Assembly (NCBI GenBank): GCA_965222375.1
Contig: CBDCTZ010000016.1
Span: 3,296,001 to 3,360,000, forward strand
Source of the DNA: Polyangiaceae bacterium
GTDB lineage: Bacteria; Myxococcota_A; Polyangia; Polyangiales; Polyangiaceae
Reading direction: 5' to 3'
Length of the DNA stretch: 64,000 bases
A program made the position numbers and the translations under genes. Positions within the stretch are counted from its first letter, which is position 1, and every line of letters starts with the position of its first letter. Below the pieces are notes generated by a model. That model made no database searches and had not been told where the DNA came from. It saw nothing but the letters and a program-made list of their open reading frames with translations. Positions 8,221 to 18,761 of this stretch are shown one piece after another.

Positions 8221-10407
8221 CTAGCGTAGCGGGTGAACATGAACCGGGCGTCGTTCACGGGCGCAGTGGATGCTGTCTTGTTCGCAGCGGCGGCCCTGTG
8301 CGGCTGCGCTGTCGGCTTCGCGGTGGCCTAGGTACGCGCGCAAAGCGTTGTCGGCTGATGGTGCTTTCAGGCCTGCGAGACTGAGGGCCTGAACTCGCAA
8401 TAGGGGTTCGCTGCGCGGCGCGCTGACGAGCCCGCTGCGTGCCGCGGCCAGGGCCTGCTCATGCTTACCCACGCTGCCGAGCGCCATTGCGTAGCGCGCC
8501 CAAAGTCCATCATCCCGGGGCGACGCCCGGGCCGCGAGCCTCAATGGTGTCAGCGCCTGATCGAAGCGCCAGACCTGCGCCAGCGCTTCCCCGCGGATGC
8601 GCTGAACCACGGGGTGAAGCTGATCGGGAAGCTTCGAGAGCGCGGCTAGTGCGTCTGCTGTGCGCCCCTGGCGAGCGAACAGCGCAGCCAAGGCTAGGCG
8701 GCTTTGGGCAGCGACTCCGCGACTGCCGTCGCGCTCCGCCGCCTCCAGGGCGGTCTTCAGTACAGCTTCGGCACGCGGTAGCTGCTCTTGAACGTCTGCG
8801 AGCAAGGCACGCCCATAGGCATACAGCCGCGCGGACGTTTTCGCGTCAGCAGCCGCGACCTGCGCCGCGCCAATCCTTGCCTCCGCGGTCGCGATGACGG
8901 TCACGGGCTGCGGCGCGCAAGGATCCAATACGTTCCGGAGGGCCTTCCTTGCTGCCGCGGCATACGCTTGCCCTCTGCTCCCATTTGCCTCGCGACAGGC
9001 GGCGTCCTGCATCGGCCGGTCACGGCTCCGATGGCGCAGGGCCGCCTTCACGACCAAGTGTGAGTCGACGAGGCTGGCGTCGTCTGGCAACGCGAAGGCG
9101 AAGCGGACGACCCGAGCTTCCCGCGGCCCCAGTGTGTGGTCGAAAGCCACGCTGCGAAACTCGTGAGTCGCGTGGGCCCGCACCTCTCTGCCGCTCTCAT
9201 TCACGATCGACGCACGGAGGCGATGGGCGCTCGGTTCTTCCCGCCCACCGTGCTGGGCGCCCGACGCCGCGAGCACTGCACCGTCTGCGGAAAACACGCG
9301 AACGTCCAGCCAGGTGTCCTGAACGTCCCGCACGCCGCCCGGGAAATTATGGCCGACGCGGAGGTTCTCGAGTACCAGGTCGAGGACGAGTGTGCGTCCG
9401 GGAGAAAGCGCAACCGCGAGATCCGGCAGCAGAGCTTGCTGCCCATCGACCGTGGCTGCTGCGATATCGAGTCGCGCAGCGCCGACGAGGAATCGCTGTG
9501 CTTCGGAGAGTCGCTTGGCGTCGTCTCGCATCGCTTGCAGCCAGGTGTGGCCACCGGGGAAGAAATGCGAGGCCACTCGGCCATTCTTTGCGGCGGGGTC
9601 GACGGAGGGCACTTGGGGCATATGGCAATCGGTGCAGCTCTTCTGGGTGACGCTATCCAGCAGCTGCCCGTGGCTGCCCGCGTAGGGCGAGCGCGCCCAG
9701 GGGCCAAAGTCGTCGGCTCCCGCAAGAAAGTGCGCGTTGCCGGAGTCGACCCCAAGAAATGCTCGGTGACAGCTGGCGCACAACTCGGCCTGGGCCAGAG
9801 CGTCGGTCCTTGCGGCTGCGCGGTGCTTTGCCCGCTGGTCAGGGCTATCCGTTTGAGGGATGAAAATGGGCGTGCGCTTCAGGCGGTAGCTGCCGTTGCC
9901 ATCCGCCGAAGCTTTGGCGATGCCGTGGCAGGTTCCGCAGCTCACGCCTGCGTGGGCTCGCGGGTCGCTTGGGTCAATCTTCTTGCTCATTGCGTTGTCA
10001 ACGAGCAGCGCGGGATCATGGCAGCCCCCGCACGCCAGGCTGGCCGACAGGGGCCGCTCAGTGCGCAGCGCCTCGACCGAGACGCGATAGATCGGGTTGT
10101 TGAACGAAGCGAAGGCGTGAGCGCTGGCTTGCCAGGCCTTCACGATGTCGGCGTGGCACGGAGCGCAGCGCTCGGGTTCGGAGAGGGCTGCACCGCTGAG
10201 CTGTGCGGGTGCGGCTACCAGCGCGGGCCATAAGCGAGCTTTCGTTTTGGGCAAGCGCGGCTGAGGGCGCTCGGTCCGCTGCGCGGTGGTCTTACTCGTG
10301 TGTGGCGGCGATTGCTGCGCGACCGAGTCGCCCTGGCCGCAACCCGCGAACGAGGCCAGCACCAGCGCGCCGCTCGCGGCCGCTCTCCATCTCCGCGTGC
10401 TGTTCAC
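8221..10407 (-). CDS. Multiheme (5 x CXXCH) cytochrome c lipoprotein with C-terminal TPR-like region
   Basis: CAPCH, CGGCH, CGTCH, CASCH and CTDCH. Lipobox FAGC. GTG at 10407 overlaps the upstream TGA (GTGA). Ala/Leu-rich helical repeats at the C-terminus. Confidence 0.85.
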   Translation of the reverse strand: MNSTRRWRAAASGALVLASFAGCGQGDSVAQQSPPHTSKTTAQRTERPQPRLPKTKARLWPALVAAPAQLSGAALSEPERCAPCHADIVKAWQASAHAFASFNNPIYRVSVEALRTERPLSASLACGGCHDPALLVDNAMSKKIDPSDPRAHAGVSCGTCHGIAKASADGNGSYRLKRTPIFIPQTDSPDQRAKHRAAARTDALAQAELCASCHRAFLGVDSGNAHFLAGADDFGPWARSPYAGSHGQLLDSVTQKSCTDCHMPQVPSVDPAAKNGRVASHFFPGGHTWLQAMRDDAKRLSEAQRFLVGAARLDIAAATVDGQQALLPDLAVALSPGRTLVLDLVLENLRVGHNFPGGVRDVQDTWLDVRVFSADGAVLAASGAQHGGREEPSAHRLRASIVNESGREVRAHATHEFRSVAFDHTLGPREARVVRFAFALPDDASLVDSHLVVKAALRHRSRDRPMQDAACREANGSRGQAYAAAARKALRNVLDPCAPQPVTVIATAEARIGAAQVAAADAKTSARLYAYGRALLADVQEQLPRAEAVLKTALEAAERDGSRGVAAQSRLALAALFARQGRTADALAALSKLPDQLHPVVQRIRGEALAQVWRFDQALTPLRLAARASPRDDGLWARYAMALGSVGKHEQALAAARSGLVSAPRSEPLLRVQALSLAGLKAPSADNALRAYLGHREADSAAAQGRRCEQDSIHCARERRPVHVHPLR

Positions 10408-12056
10408 GACCGTCGACGACGGCGTCGGATCCCCAGGGCTGCCAGCGCTGCAAACAGCGCCGCGAACGCGCCGCTTCGACCCGACATCGACTCGATGTGG
10501 CAGGCGCCGCATCCCGCGCGGCGTTCTTGGGGAACTCCGCCGGCGCTAGAAGCCGGCGCGGCCCGCGTCTTCGGTTTGGGCGTGGGCGTCGAGGGTACGT
10601 CCACCCGCGCGGGTGCGGAAACGCCGAGCTCCGTCAGATCTTTGGTGAGGAAGGTCGTTAGCTTGGCCTTTTTGGGCGGTGCAAATCCGAGGTTCGACGC
10701 TGCACGCGGCTGGGTGCTGCCCGACTCTCCCGCCGGCGGCCCACCCCATCGCCCCCGAATCGGGTTGTCACATTCGATCGGTCCCTTCCACGGGTGTCGA
10801 ATCGCGTAGCGGGCCTGGAAGTTGTTGACACCGGACGGCACTGAGCCTTGCTCGAGCTCTCGATCGGCGCCTCGCCGCTCGCGTCCGCCCGCGATCGGAG
10901 GCGCCGCGCGGAACACCAGATCTTCCCCCAAGCTGTCCTTCTTGTAGCGGGCATGCAACCGCGTCAGCACGAAGCCGCCGCCGCCCCAGAAGCGACGTGG
11001 AGGCCGACGCCTCCCGCGGGGGCCTGACCGGCCCGGAGGCGGGACGAGCCCCGGCTTTCCAACGGCGGACGGCAGGACATCTGCTCCCAGTGTCGCCAAG
11101 TCGTTGGGCCGAAGGGGCGGCGTCGGGCACGGATCGCAGCTACCCGCATCCCAGGAGTATTCGGTGATCACCGACTTGGGGCGCTTTTCCAGCACCTTGG
11201 CGAAGAGCGACGTGTAAAACGATCCGAATTGGTCGCGGGCGGCTTCGGCGACGTCGAGGTTCGTGGGGATCGTCACGTTTTCGTAGTTGGCAACTTCGTA
11301 GCGTTGGCCCTTGGCCAGAATGTGTACGATCAGATCCTGCTCGCCATTGGAGTTCAGCAAGCCCAAGCGCACTGGCAAACTGAAGTCCTTCGAGTCGTAG
11401 TGAAAGCGCAAGGGTGAAAGCACGACCTTGCCGTCTTCGAAGCGCACCTTCTTCACGTCGACCTTGGCGACAAAGAACTTCATCCCCTGCTGCACATAGG
11501 GGCGCAGTACAGGCTCGGCACCCTCGGGGATCTTGTACTTCTTGAGCCGCAGCCACTTGTCCAAGCCGCCGGAGTCCTTGGCGCTGAGTATCAGGATCTC
11601 GTATTCACCAACCTTGAACTGAGCCTCGATCTTCACTCCCAGACCAGCGCCGCTGCCCTTGGCTTTGGGGCGCGGCTTGGCGCCGGGGCGCGCCGCCATT
11701 GCCATCTTGCGGGGGTACTCCGGCGCGCATGGGTCCTTCTCCCAGTATTCTACCAACCTCGGCGCGGCGAGCTTGTCAACGCGATCGAACACCTCCCGGG
11801 GCAGCGTCTTGACGTTCTCCTTCTGCAACACGACCGGGACGGGAACCACCAAAGCAAAGTCTTTGGGTGGCCCTTCGTAGTTGTTTTGCATGTTGAGCAC
11901 GGTGAGCTTGCCGTCGCGCATCATCACCACCATGGTGGCGTTGTTGAACAACTCCGCATCGGCGCCGCTCACGTAAAAGCCGCAGAAAGCGTCGGCGTTC
12001 GCAGTCGCCCCCAATGCCGCGACCAGGGCTCCACCGAAAACTAGTCTCTTGAGCAT
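10404..12056 (-). CDS. DUF2330 domain protein with MYXO-CTERM-like sorting tail
   Basis: Signal peptide then AFCGFYV, NNYEGPPKDFALVVPVP, YVQQGMKFFVAKV and LTRLHARY. Tail is GCGAC...hydrophobic stretch...RRRRRRS. Confidence 0.85.
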   Translation of the reverse strand: MLKRLVFGGALVAALGATANADAFCGFYVSGADAELFNNATMVVMMRDGKLTVLNMQNNYEGPPKDFALVVPVPVVLQKENVKTLPREVFDRVDKLAAPRLVEYWEKDPCAPEYPRKMAMAARPGAKPRPKAKGSGAGLGVKIEAQFKVGEYEILILSAKDSGGLDKWLRLKKYKIPEGAEPVLRPYVQQGMKFFVAKVDVKKVRFEDGKVVLSPLRFHYDSKDFSLPVRLGLLNSNGEQDLIVHILAKGQRYEVANYENVTIPTNLDVAEAARDQFGSFYTSLFAKVLEKRPKSVITEYSWDAGSCDPCPTPPLRPNDLATLGADVLPSAVGKPGLVPPPGRSGPRGRRRPPRRFWGGGGFVLTRLHARYKKDSLGEDLVFRAAPPIAGGRERRGADRELEQGSVPSGVNNFQARYAIRHPWKGPIECDNPIRGRWGGPPAGESGSTQPRAASNLGFAPPKKAKLTTFLTKDLTELGVSAPARVDVPSTPTPKPKTRAAPASSAGGVPQERRAGCGACHIESMSGRSGAFAALFAALAALGIRRRRRRS

Positions 12057-12186
12057 CACTTGGGCTGCATAACATGGCCGCCAGTGCGCCACGAGGCCCA
12101 GCGCGAGAGTAGTGGCCCAGTGCCGGGCAGCACCCCGTCGGGTATCTCGCAGCGGGTCACAAGCGCGTGGAACCGACCCAAAAAAA

Positions 12187-13665
12187 CTACTTCTTCACAA
12201 CGATGAAGAGTGTTGCGCCGCTTCGATGCACGAGGAGCAGTACGCGCTTCTTGGAGGCGCCGAACCTTGCGCGAAAGTCCGCTGGGTCTTTCACGGCTTT
12301 CCGATTCACTTGGAGAATCACATCGCCGGGGCGCAGGCCCGAGTGAGCGCCGGCGCTGCCGCGGTCGATGCCCGCGACGACGACGCCTTGTTTCACGTCC
12401 TTGCTGATTCGCAACTTGGCACGTGTCTTCGGCGTGAGTGCTTCGAGTTGAACGCCGCTCATGGCTCTCGAGTTGCTGGTGGAACCCGGGCGAGCGGCTT
12501 TGCGACGATCGTCGGGAACCTCGCCCAGAGAAACGTCAAAACTGCGCTTCTTGCCCTTGCGCAGCAGCTGGATTCGCACCTTCTTCTTGCCACCGGAGGC
12601 TGCGATGACGTTGCGCAGGCGGCCGGTGGAATCCACGACCTTGCCGTCGATGGCCAGGACCACGTCACCCCGGTCGAGGCCTGCCTTGGCGGCGGGGCCA
12701 CCCCGATGAACATCGGCGATCAAGACGCCCTTGGTGTCGGGGAGGTTGAGCGCTTCAGACAGTTCCTGATCGATATCTTGAATCGTGACGCCCAGCCAGC
12801 CGCGAACGACGCGACCCTGCTTGCGCAGGCTGTCCAGGATCGGCTTGGCCATGTTGCTTGGGATCGCAAAGCCGATGCCCTGGTAGCCGCCGCTGCGGGA
12901 GAGAATGGCTGTGTTGATGCCGATCAGGCGGCCCTCCATGTCGACGAGCGCGCCTCCCGAGTTGCCAGGGTTTATGGCGGCGTCGGTTTGGATGAAGTCC
13001 TCGTAGTCCACGATACCGACGTCGGCGCGCCCCTTTGCGGAGACGATCCCCATGGTCACGGTTTGCCCGACTCCAAAGGGGTTACCGATTGCGAGTACGA
13101 CGTCGCCCAGGCGGAGCCGCGATGAGTCGCCGAAGGAGAGAGGCTTCAGGTTGCCGCCCTTCACTCTTAATACCGCCAAGTCGCTCTTCTTGTCGCTGCC
13201 GACGATTTTGGCGATCAGCTCCTTCTTCTTGGAGGTCGTGATCTTGATCTCGTCAGCGTCGGCCACCACATGGTGATTCGTGACGATGGTGTCTTTGGCG
13301 ACGACGACGCCCGAGCCCAAGCCCTGTTGGCGAAACGGTCCCTGCCCGCCGGGCCCGAAAAAGCGATGAAAGAACGGATCTGAGCCCTGAGGCGCCCGCC
13401 GCAAACGTGTCGAGGAGATGCTGACCACCGACGGAAGCACGCGCTGCACGACGTCAGCGATGACGGCGGTGCCGCCGACCTTGGCGAGGCCGGGTGACGG
13501 AAGGACCTTCACGGGCTTTTCGGAGTTGCGAGCGCGTTCCGCGGTCGGCACGGAACTACCCCGCTCTGGCGCGGCAGGGCGCGCGCAAGACGGCGCTAGC
13601 GCCAGGGCAACTAGATACGCTCCGGCTCGAGGAGTTGGACGCTTCAGCAGTTCGACAACCCGCAT
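12187..13665 (-). CDS. Do/DegP/HtrA family serine endopeptidase with two PDZ domains
   Basis: TNHHV, DLAVL and QTDAAINPGNSGG triad motifs, followed by two PDZ segments. Confidence 0.95.
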   Translation of the reverse strand: MRVVELLKRPTPRAGAYLVALALAPSCARPAAPERGSSVPTAERARNSEKPVKVLPSPGLAKVGGTAVIADVVQRVLPSVVSISSTRLRRAPQGSDPFFHRFFGPGGQGPFRQQGLGSGVVVAKDTIVTNHHVVADADEIKITTSKKKELIAKIVGSDKKSDLAVLRVKGGNLKPLSFGDSSRLRLGDVVLAIGNPFGVGQTVTMGIVSAKGRADVGIVDYEDFIQTDAAINPGNSGGALVDMEGRLIGINTAILSRSGGYQGIGFAIPSNMAKPILDSLRKQGRVVRGWLGVTIQDIDQELSEALNLPDTKGVLIADVHRGGPAAKAGLDRGDVVLAIDGKVVDSTGRLRNVIAASGGKKKVRIQLLRKGKKRSFDVSLGEVPDDRRKAARPGSTSNSRAMSGVQLEALTPKTRAKLRISKDVKQGVVVAGIDRGSAGAHSGLRPGDVILQVNRKAVKDPADFRARFGASKKRVLLLVHRSGATLFIVVKK

Positions 13666-13729
13666 GACTTAGGACCTTTTGGGCGTAACCGACGACTCTG
13701 GCCAGGCATTCCCGGACATCCGCGACTGC

Positions 13730-14794
13730 CTAGTCCGATAGACCCGCGACATAGTCCGCGATCTTGGCAATCGGTAGGGAGCGGGTCACCACTCCCGCGC
13801 GCACGGCGCTGCCTGGCATGCCGTAAATGACCGCCGTCTCCTCGCTTTCTGCCACCACGGTTCCACCCGCGTCGATGATGGCTCGCGCGCCCAGGACGCC
13901 GTCGTCGCCCATGCCGGTCAGGATGATGCCGATGGAGCGATCCCCGAAGACTCGTGCGACGCTGCGGAAAAGCCTGTCCGCGCTAGGGATGTAGCGGTCC
14001 GACTCCAAGGGCGTCAGCACGCGCAACCGCAATCTATCCGGGCTCTCGGGTTCGATTTCGATGCAGCGGCGGCCCGGGCAAATGAAACCGAATCCCGCGC
14101 CGACGATGGCGCCATCGTCGGCCTCGGATACTGCGATCTTGGCCCGCTTGTCCAAGCGCTGGGCGAAGGTCTTCGTGAACTTTTCGGGCATATGCTGCGC
14201 GACCAAGAGCGCGTTCGAGCACTCCTCGGGCAGCCGAGTGAAAATCTCGATCAGGGCGGTGGGGCCACCCGTGGACGATGCGATTGCAATCACGCGTTTA
14301 GGAGGTGTGAGTTCACGCACTTTGGGGGGCGGGATGGCGCTGAGTTTTGAGACGCTCTCCAAGCGCGGCCGGGCGTTTAGCGTACTAGGGCGCAAGCTGC
14401 GCACCGTCAGGACCTTGCTGATCAACTCGTCTCGGATGCCCGAGAGTTCCTGGGCGCTCCCTTTTTCGGGCTTTGCCACGAAGTCTAGGGCTCCCAGCTC
14501 CAGGGCTTTGAAGACGTTTTCTTTCTGGCTGTAGCTGGAAACGACGACGACTGGGGTCGGCTGACGACTCATCAAGATGCGTAGGAACGTGAAGCCGTCC
14601 ATCTTGGGCATCTCGAGATCCAAGGTGATGACATCTGGCCTGAGTAGAAGCGCAAGGCGCAGCGCTTCCTCTCCATCGGCTGCCTTGCCTACGACTTCGA
14701 CCTCGCTGCTCAATGACAGAGCGTCGGAGATGCTGCGGCGGTTGACGGCGGAATCATCCACGACCAAGACGCGAAGTCGTTCCGTAGTGGCCAT
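13730..14794 (-). CDS. cheB: Chemotaxis response regulator protein-glutamate methylesterase
   Basis: Receiver domain (VVDDS...DLEMPKMDG...KP) plus SSTGG, QHM and LTGMGDDG catalytic motifs. Confidence 0.95.
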   Translation of the reverse strand: MATTERLRVLVVDDSAVNRRSISDALSLSSEVEVVGKAADGEEALRLALLLRPDVITLDLEMPKMDGFTFLRILMSRQPTPVVVVSSYSQKENVFKALELGALDFVAKPEKGSAQELSGIRDELISKVLTVRSLRPSTLNARPRLESVSKLSAIPPPKVRELTPPKRVIAIASSTGGPTALIEIFTRLPEECSNALLVAQHMPEKFTKTFAQRLDKRAKIAVSEADDGAIVGAGFGFICPGRRCIEIEPESPDRLRLRVLTPLESDRYIPSADRLFRSVARVFGDRSIGIILTGMGDDGVLGARAIIDAGGTVVAESEETAVIYGMPGSAVRAGVVTRSLPIAKIADYVAGLSD

Positions 14795-14796
14795 GT

Positions 14797-15675
14797 CTAC
14801 TCTAGGTCCAGGTTCCCCGACGCAATGGGCTTGCGGTACACGAGGTCTTCCTTGAGGTGTACGAGTTCAAACGCGGTCGACACATTAATCAGAGATTCGG
14901 AGTGTCCGAGGAGCAGGTATCCGCCCGGCAGGAGGCGTTGGTAGAGATTGTCGATGACCCGCCGGCGCGAGCCAACATCGAAGTAGATCAGCACGTTTCG
15001 GCAGAAAACAACGTCAACTCGCCCGACGATGGCTGCTTTGTGTGCGTCCAGCAGGTTGACCTGGCCGAAGTGCGTGGATTTTCGCAGGTCTTGGTGGATG
15101 CGCCAGCCTCCGTCGACCTGCTCGAAGTAGCGCTTCCTGGTTTCCGGTGGAGTTGTGCGGAAGGAGGAATCGCGGTAGATCCCCCGCCGTGCTGCCGCGA
15201 CCGAGGACTTGGAGATGTCCGTCCCGATCACCCGGACGTCCCAACTGGCTAGTTGCTGCTGCTCCCGAGTCAGTATCGCCAGCGTGTACGCCTCTTCGCC
15301 CGTAGCGCAGCCCGCGCTCCAAATCGTAATGCTGCGCCTGGATTCGTTCTCCTGAATGAAGCGAGGCACGAGTTCATCCGTGAAGGCACGCAGCTGGTAG
15401 TCCTGGCGGAAAAAGTAGGTTTCCTTCGTCGTCAGTGCATCGATTGCCTCGTCCAATTCGGCCGCACCGCGCACGGCGAAGCGCAAGTGCTTGTAGTATT
15501 CCAGGAAGCCTGGCAGGTCGAGGGCCACCAGGCGTTCGCTGAGCCTTCTTTCGAAGGAGTACATGGCACCGTCGTCGAACACGAGCCCCGCGTGCTCGTT
15601 GATCAGATCGCGCAACAGGCGAAACTCCTCCGGACGCAGCCGCGCTCGAACTCCCGGTGTTCGCAGCAAGCTCAC
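14797..15675 (-). CDS. cheR: Chemotaxis protein-glutamate O-methyltransferase
   Basis: TTKETYFFR, WSAGCATGEEAY, GTDIS, FCRNVLIYF and LGHSESL. Confidence 0.95.
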   Translation of the reverse strand: MSLLRTPGVRARLRPEEFRLLRDLINEHAGLVFDDGAMYSFERRLSERLVALDLPGFLEYYKHLRFAVRGAAELDEAIDALTTKETYFFRQDYQLRAFTDELVPRFIQENESRRSITIWSAGCATGEEAYTLAILTREQQQLASWDVRVIGTDISKSSVAAARRGIYRDSSFRTTPPETRKRYFEQVDGGWRIHQDLRKSTHFGQVNLLDAHKAAIVGRVDVVFCRNVLIYFDVGSRRRVIDNLYQRLLPGGYLLLGHSESLINVSTAFELVHLKEDLVYRKPIASGNLDLE

Positions 15676-17765
15676 CGTGGCCTTCCGCGCGTCGGTGGCG
15701 GCACTGTGTGTCTCAACCCGCGGGCAGACTCCAGGGTTTCCAGGCCTCGCGTCAGCGCTTCCAGTACGAGGGGCTCGCGTTCGGCGGTCATTCGCGTGCG
15801 AAGCAGCCCCATGGCGCTTTCCTCACCGCTTTTGGCCAGCAAGTCCGCTGCCAGGCGACGCACGTCCCAGGCGGTGTGGTCGAGGCAAACACCCAGGTGC
15901 GCTTGCGCGCGGGCATCCCCGGGGCGCGCCAAGCCGCGGAGTGCGGCTTTCACTACCTCGGGTTCCGCATGAGCCAGAGCATCCACTAGGGCACCGGCGC
16001 GAATGGCATCGGTGCGCCCGGTGAGTGCCTCCACGGCGGCAACCGCGAGTGCGACGTCTTCAGACTTGAGCAGGCCGCGGAGAGCCGGCAGTACTCGTCC
16101 ATCCGTCAAGCGGCCCAAGGCGTGCACCGCTGCAGCCCGCACCTCCAGGTTTGCTTCGCTTGCGGCGAGCTCGAGCAGCTGCGGGAGTACCTCCTCCGCG
16201 GTCTCCGGGGACGAGAGCCGGCCCAAGGCGTGCACCGCTGCGAGGCGGACCTCTAGTTCCTCGTCACTGACGGCAAAGCTGACTGCGCTCAGCGCGGAGG
16301 ATGGCCCCAGTTGGGCCAGGGCGTCCAAAGCAGTGCGGCGGAGATGCGGAGAATCGCTGGACAGGAGGGATTCGAGAAAAGTGACGTCTTGATCACGGGA
16401 ACCACGAACTGACAAGGGGCTCGATGCGATGGCGATGGCCACGGCTGCACTGCCGTGTTGCTCCTCTTCGAGCCGCGAGGCGCTGTGGGGATAGCGCGCG
16501 ACCAGTGCTGACAGGGCTGTTTCTGCCAGTGAGCGAACCGCCGCGTTGCCTGCTTTCAGCAAGATCCGCGCTACCTTGGGCACGCACTCAGGGCCGCCGT
16601 TGTTGGCGGACGCGGCGAGGGCAGCGCGCTGCACCATGGTGTCCTGGGACTCGAGCGCGCCGCCTATGGCGTTGGCCACGGTGGGTGCGGGTTCGGAACT
16701 AATGCGACGAGAGAGCAAGTCCATGGCCAAGGCTTGTTCGGCTGGGGAACCGCGCTCCACGCGCAGCGCCAATGCCACGTCCGCGGCGCCCCCCAACAGT
16801 TCCACGGCGTACTCGGCGGAGTCGTGCAACGTCTCGTCGTCCAGGGCGTCCAGGATCGCGTCGACGGCTGCTTGATCGGAGATCATTGCAAGAACCAGCA
16901 CCGTTGCGCGACGCACGGCCACGTCTCGTGTGCTGCGCAGTCGGTCAACTAGGCTGGCGCTGACGAGCGGCCCAACTTCCTGGAGGGCTGACCTTGCTGC
17001 GCTTCGCGCCGGCTCGGAGGATTCGATCAGATCCGCCAGGGCTAAAGCGAGTAACCCGACGCGGGCAGAATCGGCTCCGATGAGCTCCTTTTTGAGTAAC
17101 TCTGCCGCCCGTGGATCGCCCGTGCGACCAACGGCAATGGTGGCCACGGGCGCGAGCATTGGCTCAGCGAGCAATTCCGCGGCGTCCTCGAAGGGCACGA
17201 CTGCGTGCAGCTGGTTCAGGCCCTCGAGTGCCGCCAGGCGAGCCAGCAGCTCCGGGGCTCGAAGACATTCCGAGAGCAACGCGACCGCGTCGCTTGCACA
17301 GGCGCTACCAATTGCGGCCACAGCTTCGACCGCGGCGACTCGCACGTTGGGGTCTTCATCCTTGACCAGGGAGCGGAGCAAGATGATCGCGCTGGGGTGT
17401 CCACCCTTGGCGACCGCCTCGACTGCAAGCTTTCGTCCGTCCGCATCAAGGGACGGAATCGCGAGGGAAAGAGCCTTGATGGCATCTTCCCCATGCCCCG
17501 CCAGAGCCTCGACAGCTGCGTTGCGCAGACCGACGTTTTCGCCGGGGCGCAGAGCTTCTACCAAGACCCCAATCACGTTCGCGGAGGAGGCGTGGCTCAC
17601 TGCCGAGTTGATCGCTTCTTTGCGGACGCGCCAGTCGTCGTCACCAAGCGCGCTCGAGAGCAGCTCAGCGATGTCGCTTCCTGTGTAATTTCGAAGCTGA
17701 GATGCAGCGCGTCGGCGTGTCTCTGGATCTTCCTCGGCCAGTGCTTCGCGCAGCGTGCCGGTCAT
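15672..17765 (-). CDS. HEAT/PBS-lyase repeat protein within the chemosensory cluster
   Basis: Repeated L.D.D..VR.AA..ALG units along the length. Translationally coupled to its neighbours. Confidence 0.9.
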   Translation of the reverse strand: MTGTLREALAEEDPETRRRAASQLRNYTGSDIAELLSSALGDDDWRVRKEAINSAVSHASSANVIGVLVEALRPGENVGLRNAAVEALAGHGEDAIKALSLAIPSLDADGRKLAVEAVAKGGHPSAIILLRSLVKDEDPNVRVAAVEAVAAIGSACASDAVALLSECLRAPELLARLAALEGLNQLHAVVPFEDAAELLAEPMLAPVATIAVGRTGDPRAAELLKKELIGADSARVGLLALALADLIESSEPARSAARSALQEVGPLVSASLVDRLRSTRDVAVRRATVLVLAMISDQAAVDAILDALDDETLHDSAEYAVELLGGAADVALALRVERGSPAEQALAMDLLSRRISSEPAPTVANAIGGALESQDTMVQRAALAASANNGGPECVPKVARILLKAGNAAVRSLAETALSALVARYPHSASRLEEEQHGSAAVAIAIASSPLSVRGSRDQDVTFLESLLSSDSPHLRRTALDALAQLGPSSALSAVSFAVSDEELEVRLAAVHALGRLSSPETAEEVLPQLLELAASEANLEVRAAAVHALGRLTDGRVLPALRGLLKSEDVALAVAAVEALTGRTDAIRAGALVDALAHAEPEVVKAALRGLARPGDARAQAHLGVCLDHTAWDVRRLAADLLAKSGEESAMGLLRTRMTAEREPLVLEALTRGLETLESARGLRHTVPPPTRGRPR

Positions 17766-18262
17766 CCGCGGGCCTTGTTGTGGGGGGCCGCTTCGAGCAG
17801 GCCGCTTTCAGCAAGGGGCGAGGTGAGGCGCTCGAAACTCCCGACGTCCAACACGAAGACCATTTCGTCTCCGTAGGTCGTCACACCCAGAATACCTCGA
17901 CTGTCATCGCCGTCGCCGAGCGCGGGGGCTTGGCGCAACTCGGCGCCGCCGGTGCCGAAGACCTCGGTGACTGCATCGACTCGCAGTCCCACCGCGCGAT
18001 CCTCTACGTCAACGAGAATCCACTTGGCGCGATGATCGTTTTCGTCGGACTGCAGGCCGAAGCGACGACGCAGATCGATGATGGGCACGACCTCTCCACG
18101 GTGGTCTGCGACGCCGGTTACGGCAACCGGCGCGTGTGGCAAGCCTACTACGGGCAGAGGATTGACGATCTCGCGCACCGAGCCGATGGGCACGGCGTAG
18201 TGCACCGCGCCGACCAAGAAGCCCACCAAGCTCTTCTCTGGATCCGGTCGATGTCTTGCCAT
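17762..18262 (-). CDS. cheW: Chemotaxis protein CheW (2)
   Basis: F.VG...YAVPIGSVREIV, GVADHRGEVVPIIDLR and GLRVDAVTEV. Start taken at ATG 18262. Confidence 0.9.
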   Translation of the reverse strand: MARHRPDPEKSLVGFLVGAVHYAVPIGSVREIVNPLPVVGLPHAPVAVTGVADHRGEVVPIIDLRRRFGLQSDENDHRAKWILVDVEDRAVGLRVDAVTEVFGTGGAELRQAPALGDGDDSRGILGVTTYGDEMVFVLDVGSFERLTSPLAESGLLEAAPHNKARG

Positions 18263-18272
18263 TGCCAAATCT

Positions 18273-18761
18273 TCAAACTTCCTTTCCGCTGGACACCAAG
18301 GAACGGATGTCCAGCAGAACGATGACGGGCCCCGTATTCGGTCTGCCGACACCCATGACATGTTCGGAGACGTCGCCTCCAAGTACGCCGGCCGCCAACT
18401 CGACTTCGGCGGCGTTGAGCCGCATGACGTTCTTGACCTCGTCCACCACGAGCCCAACGACCTCGTCATCCTTGGCTTGAGCGAGCAAGATACGCGTGCG
18501 TCGTGTGTCGTCGGCTGCATCGACGTTCATCCGCCTCCGCAGATCGACGACGGTCACTAGTAGCCCACGTACGCTGCACACCCCGAGCACATCGGGCCCA
18601 GCTCGAGGCACGCGGGTGATCGGAGGCGGTGTCAAGATTTCTCGAATGCCGGCAAGCTCCACACCGTACAGTTCACCCGCCAGAGTGAACACCAGGAGTT
18701 CGCGCATTGCCGTGGTCGAAACCTGTTCGGCTGCAGGGGGGTTGTGAGTGAGGTCAGGCAT
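18273..18761 (-). CDS. cheW: Chemotaxis protein CheW (1)
   Basis: FTLAGELYG...IREI, GVCSVRG..VTVVDLR and GLVVDEV. Confidence 0.9.
   Translation of the reverse strand: MPDLTHNPPAAEQVSTTAMRELLVFTLAGELYGVELAGIREILTPPPITRVPRAGPDVLGVCSVRGLLVTVVDLRRRMNVDAADDTRRTRILLAQAKDDEVVGLVVDEVKNVMRLNAAEVELAAGVLGGDVSEHVMGVGRPNTGPVIVLLDIRSLVSSGKEV

Noticed and set aside
10490..10515. CGACH as a heme-binding site in the DUF2330 protein
   Set aside because: It sits at the Cys position of the MYXO-CTERM-like sorting tail, so it is more likely coincidental.
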